NCBI GenBank assembly: GCA_036172245.1
Contig: JAYWIR010000057.1
Location: forward strand, 620,001 to 684,000
Length of the DNA: 64,000 nucleotides
Reading direction: 5' to 3'
DNA from: Raillietiella orientalis
Taxonomy: Eukaryota
The position numbers and the translations under genes were made by a program. Below are positions 60,501 through 64,000 of this stretch, one piece after another (the first letter of the stretch is position 1; every line of letters begins with the position of its first letter). Below the pieces are notes generated by a model. The model did not search any database and was not told where the DNA came from. It saw only the letters and a list, made by a program, of their open reading frames with translations.

Positions 60501-63500
60501 GTGAGAGGGAAGCTGGATGCAAGCAACGCCAGAAACCCATGCGCGTCTGGTTGAACGGGCCACCAGAGGTCGGCATCCTTCGAATGCAGAGTGTTTCTTC
60601 CAGGAGACCCTACGGGGAGGAGTATCGGACTCCGCTCTCGGGGACCAGATGCGGCGCACGTCCTCGTCCCGATGACGAGATGCGGTGAAGAATGGACCGG
60701 CACCTCAGAGTAAGGCTCGTCTCCCGTGTCTCCCTTACGAGAAAGGACCTCCGAGATTTCGCGAGCATCCAGCGGGACTGACTTCCCATCAGGGGATGCT
60801 GACTCCCGTTTGCTTCAGGAGTGCTGGCTCAAGGGCACCCTCCCTTAATAAGCGCGAATGTCCCTTAATAAAACTGGAACGAAACCAGTTTTATTAAGTT
60901 GGTGGGTATCTCGGAGGAGCGGTGGTGCGCTCGATACCCACCCTCATTATGAAAATCAGCCCGATCGAAAGCTCGGCGCCTGCGCCTTAAACGCTCATCG
61001 ATTTGGACTCGGAGCGGTTCAACGGAGCCGTTTGTGGCGTTGATTCCGTTGACAGGGCACCGACAAACAAGTTCTAGAAGCGTCCAGGCAGATCATCATC
61101 TCCCGCGAACCCACTCTGGAATTTGTAAACTGGCCCGAAAATTGTGCACGCGATTTGCAATACCGGGCTTGCTAATGGCATTCCCTTCAGCCAAAGCAAC
61201 GGTCGCCAACGTAGGAATTGAAAAAGAGAAGGAGAGAGAGGCAGGAGAGAGAGCCGAGTTCGACCGCAGCGTTCGACGCTCTGGTCGGATTCGGCAGCCA
61301 GGCATCGTGCCCTGCCGGACGGCGCGCCGGGCGCGTTCCAGATGCGGCCAGCCGTCCGCCTGGGCGCCTTGGTCTGAGGTCTGGATCCGAAGATGCCTCA
61401 CAGCGAGTTCACCACGCACTTCCGCCCTCGACGAACTGCTCGGGAGGGAAATCCGGGAACTCTCTCCCGGAGAGACGCATCCTGCTTCACGCGTCAGCTC
61501 GGACCGCGCCTTCGCATCCCTAGGTGTGTGAGCGGGCACCGCCGAAGAGGACCGAACGGCGTTTTCTCGAATCATCCGCGTTCCGCCCGCGACCCGAGGA
61601 CGGTGCGAGCAGCATGCCTAATTCCTCTTCGTCACTAATCAGCTTCCACGGTGGGGGGACGGACGTATCTCCCGGGGCTCGATGAGGCGAAGCGTCTCGG
61701 TAGCTGCACGTCTCGTCCGGTTAGCAGGCAACGCGTTCTCCGCGCAGACCGGCATGGATCTTTCCAGAAAGCAGCGTTTTTCAATTACGGGTCTCCTCGT
61801 TTGGAGACGCAACTTTTCATCCGAGTAATTGAAGTTAAAAAGGGGCCCGCCGGGGACTCGGGGGGACCGCATCGCCCGCGCAGGCATGCACGTGTCGCGA
61901 CGGCGGCGCCATCGCGGCACAAGCCGCGTACGGCGCGTACCCGGGGTTCGCCCGCGTGATGGAACCAGCAAAGTCGCCAGCCAGAAGGGAAGCAAACAGG
62001 GGATATCGAAAGCAAACGACGAGGAGGCGCGAAGGTGGAACCGGAAGAAAGGACAGCCCGACCGCGAGCGAGGCTTCCGGAGAGCAGATCGTGCGTCTGC
62101 GCCTCGCGGACGCAGAGGCCCCGCATGGGATTCGCTTCCGTGTCCCGTGGCTGCTGCTCTTGGAAGAGGAGGCGAAATGGGGAAGGGAGGCGCTTTCGGG
62201 AAAAGGTCGATGCGCGTGCAGCTGGTTCCCTGCGACCTGACCTCACCCCACCCCACGCTGCCTTCAGGAGACTTCCCGTCGTCAGGAATTCCTGGATGCT
62301 CTGGCCCAATCTTTCGCGACCGTTTCAGGGATGGAACTTCCCTATGATTTCTCTCGAGGTCCAGCGCGGTTCAGGGAGGAAGCGTTTTTCCTCAGAGATA
62401 TCCGCGTAGCCAGGAGACGTTCGTGGCATGCGTGCTGTTCCCTGGCACCGTTCAGGAAAGCGACAAGAACGGGAGGCGGCCAAAGAGCAACCGAGAAACT
62501 GCCGGCGGCTTTCCCTGAGATGGGGTGGTGCGAGGGGGGAAGTCGAGAATTCATCGATGACTTACCCGGTTCCTCGGATGCGTCAGAAGTGAGGCGGTTG
62601 TCCTGGCGTCCGCTCTCCGACGCATCTTCTTCCCACCTCCAGCTCTCTCGAGCCACTGAGAGACACGAGAAGTTAGCATGTCACGTCGGCTGTCGCCCCG
62701 CGAATCCCCCGCGCTGCTTTCTTCTTCCTGGCAAAAATTCGGTTCAATTTCTTTATGATCCCCCTTCCTCCGGGTGGTGGGCAGCGGGACGGACAGCGGC
62801 GTGAGAAGGGCAGGGGAACGCCAGACACGGTTTAACTGATTTTTTCCTTCTTCTGGGAAGGGGGGAGGGGACAAGAGGGACGTCGCGTTCTTCACGGACC
62901 CCCGAATCCCTACGGGTCGCGCGCTTGATGGAAGGGCCGTCGAAGCCCAAGCCGCTCATATGGTAAGCGGGCCCAGAGCGTGTGTGTTCGCCCGCTTTCA
63001 TCCCGGTCTTACGCACCGTTCCCGCGGCCGAATCTGGGAGTCCCTTGCTTCCTTTTCCTGGGGTCCGCGGGAGCCCCCTTTTCCCCGACAAGCCGGGCAG
63101 AGTTCGCCCCTGGAACCGTCCCTCTTCCGCTCTGCTTTCCACGGACTTTTCCGGAAGTCGGCGAATCCCCAGACTGTCGTACGATGAGCCCTCCCTTCCC
63201 GACAAAGAAGGAAATCCTGCTAAACAAAGGCGCGACTTTTTTGCCCATCTTTCCTCCTCTGCCGCGGTTCATTCCGGCTGGGCTTCCCCCCCCCCCCCCA
63301 AATCAACTCGGACGAAGGCCACAAGTGGATGCCTGGCCGAGCCTCCCCCCGCGAACGCTCCTTCGATTAACCTGAGGAAAATTGCATTTCGGTCCGAACC
63401 TCCGCAGACCGCATCCCAACACCGCCACGTAGGGGTTTACGCGTTCCAGAATTTTTTTCCTGCAAGAGTGTCTCTCGCTGGACACCATGTCGGAGATACC

Positions 63501-63839
63501 ACGGAAAGCGTGAGAAAGTTCTTCAAGCGAGTTTCATGTTTATCTAGATTAGCCCTTGAGTGACTTTGTCGTTCGGCCGAATTAATTGCGGCAGTAAAAC
63601 TCCCGTCATTCCGTTTATCGACGGTGATTTTATGGCCCCGAAAAGCGAGAGAGAAAGGGAGCAGATATTTATTTACCTTTGCTATTTTTGGGCTAAACAT
63701 AACAGCGAGAAAAGCCTCCTCGACTTTTTATTTTTTATTTTTTTTTTCCTGCTATATCCTCCCGTAGCATCGAAAGTTCTCGAATGAACCTTTGACTTGC
63801 GTGCCTCTCTTGCCGTTAGCAAATAGAAGGCGTGGAACG

Positions 63840-64000
63840 CCGCCGAACCGTGTTGGCTGCGTGGCACCAAGCGTTGCAGGTTCGAATCCCACAAGATCGA
63901 CCCTCCGAGAAAGGGGAGGGTTTCCTTCCCCCCCTCCCCCCACTTCAAGATGACCTTGGCTGTCTCGTTCGGGTGCGGCGCCGCTGGAATCCGGAAACGC
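63840..64000 (+). mobile_element. SINE-like family A head, cut by the window end
   Basis: GTGGCACCAAGCGTTGCAGGTTCGAATCCC is nearly identical to 8108-8137, and TTCGGGTGCGGC..CTGGAATCCGGAAAC matches 8221-8251. Confidence 0.75.

Overview
Eukaryotic, intron-rich genomic DNA, most likely from an arthropod (inferred from a SIFamide-family neuropeptide gene). Most ORFs in the six-frame track are noise from GC-rich, intronic or antisense DNA. Well-supported content: (1) a complete three-exon hedgehog gene on the minus strand (48917-48573, 40088-39827, 36936-36257; about 428 aa; signal peptide, Hedge domain, GCF autocleavage site, Hint/Hog domain); (2) a compact two-coding-exon SIFamide-family precursor on the plus strand (15369-15492 + 15568-15668; 74 aa) whose predicted peptide ends in -SIYamide (VPSRKLPFNGSIY-NH2) rather than -SIFamide; (3) about seven copies of a tRNA-headed SINE-like repeat, and a second ~265 bp repeat present as an inverted pair flanking hh exon 1. 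Less certain, and seen only by eye: the plus strand from ~0.8 to ~32 kb carries a long ordered series of degenerate cadherin-repeat fragments followed by EGF-like and Laminin-G-like fragments, with stops and frameshifts. This looks like a decayed Fat-type giant cadherin gene, with the SIYamide gene nested inside it and hedgehog converging on it. No database searches were run; all similarities are by-eye motif recognition.
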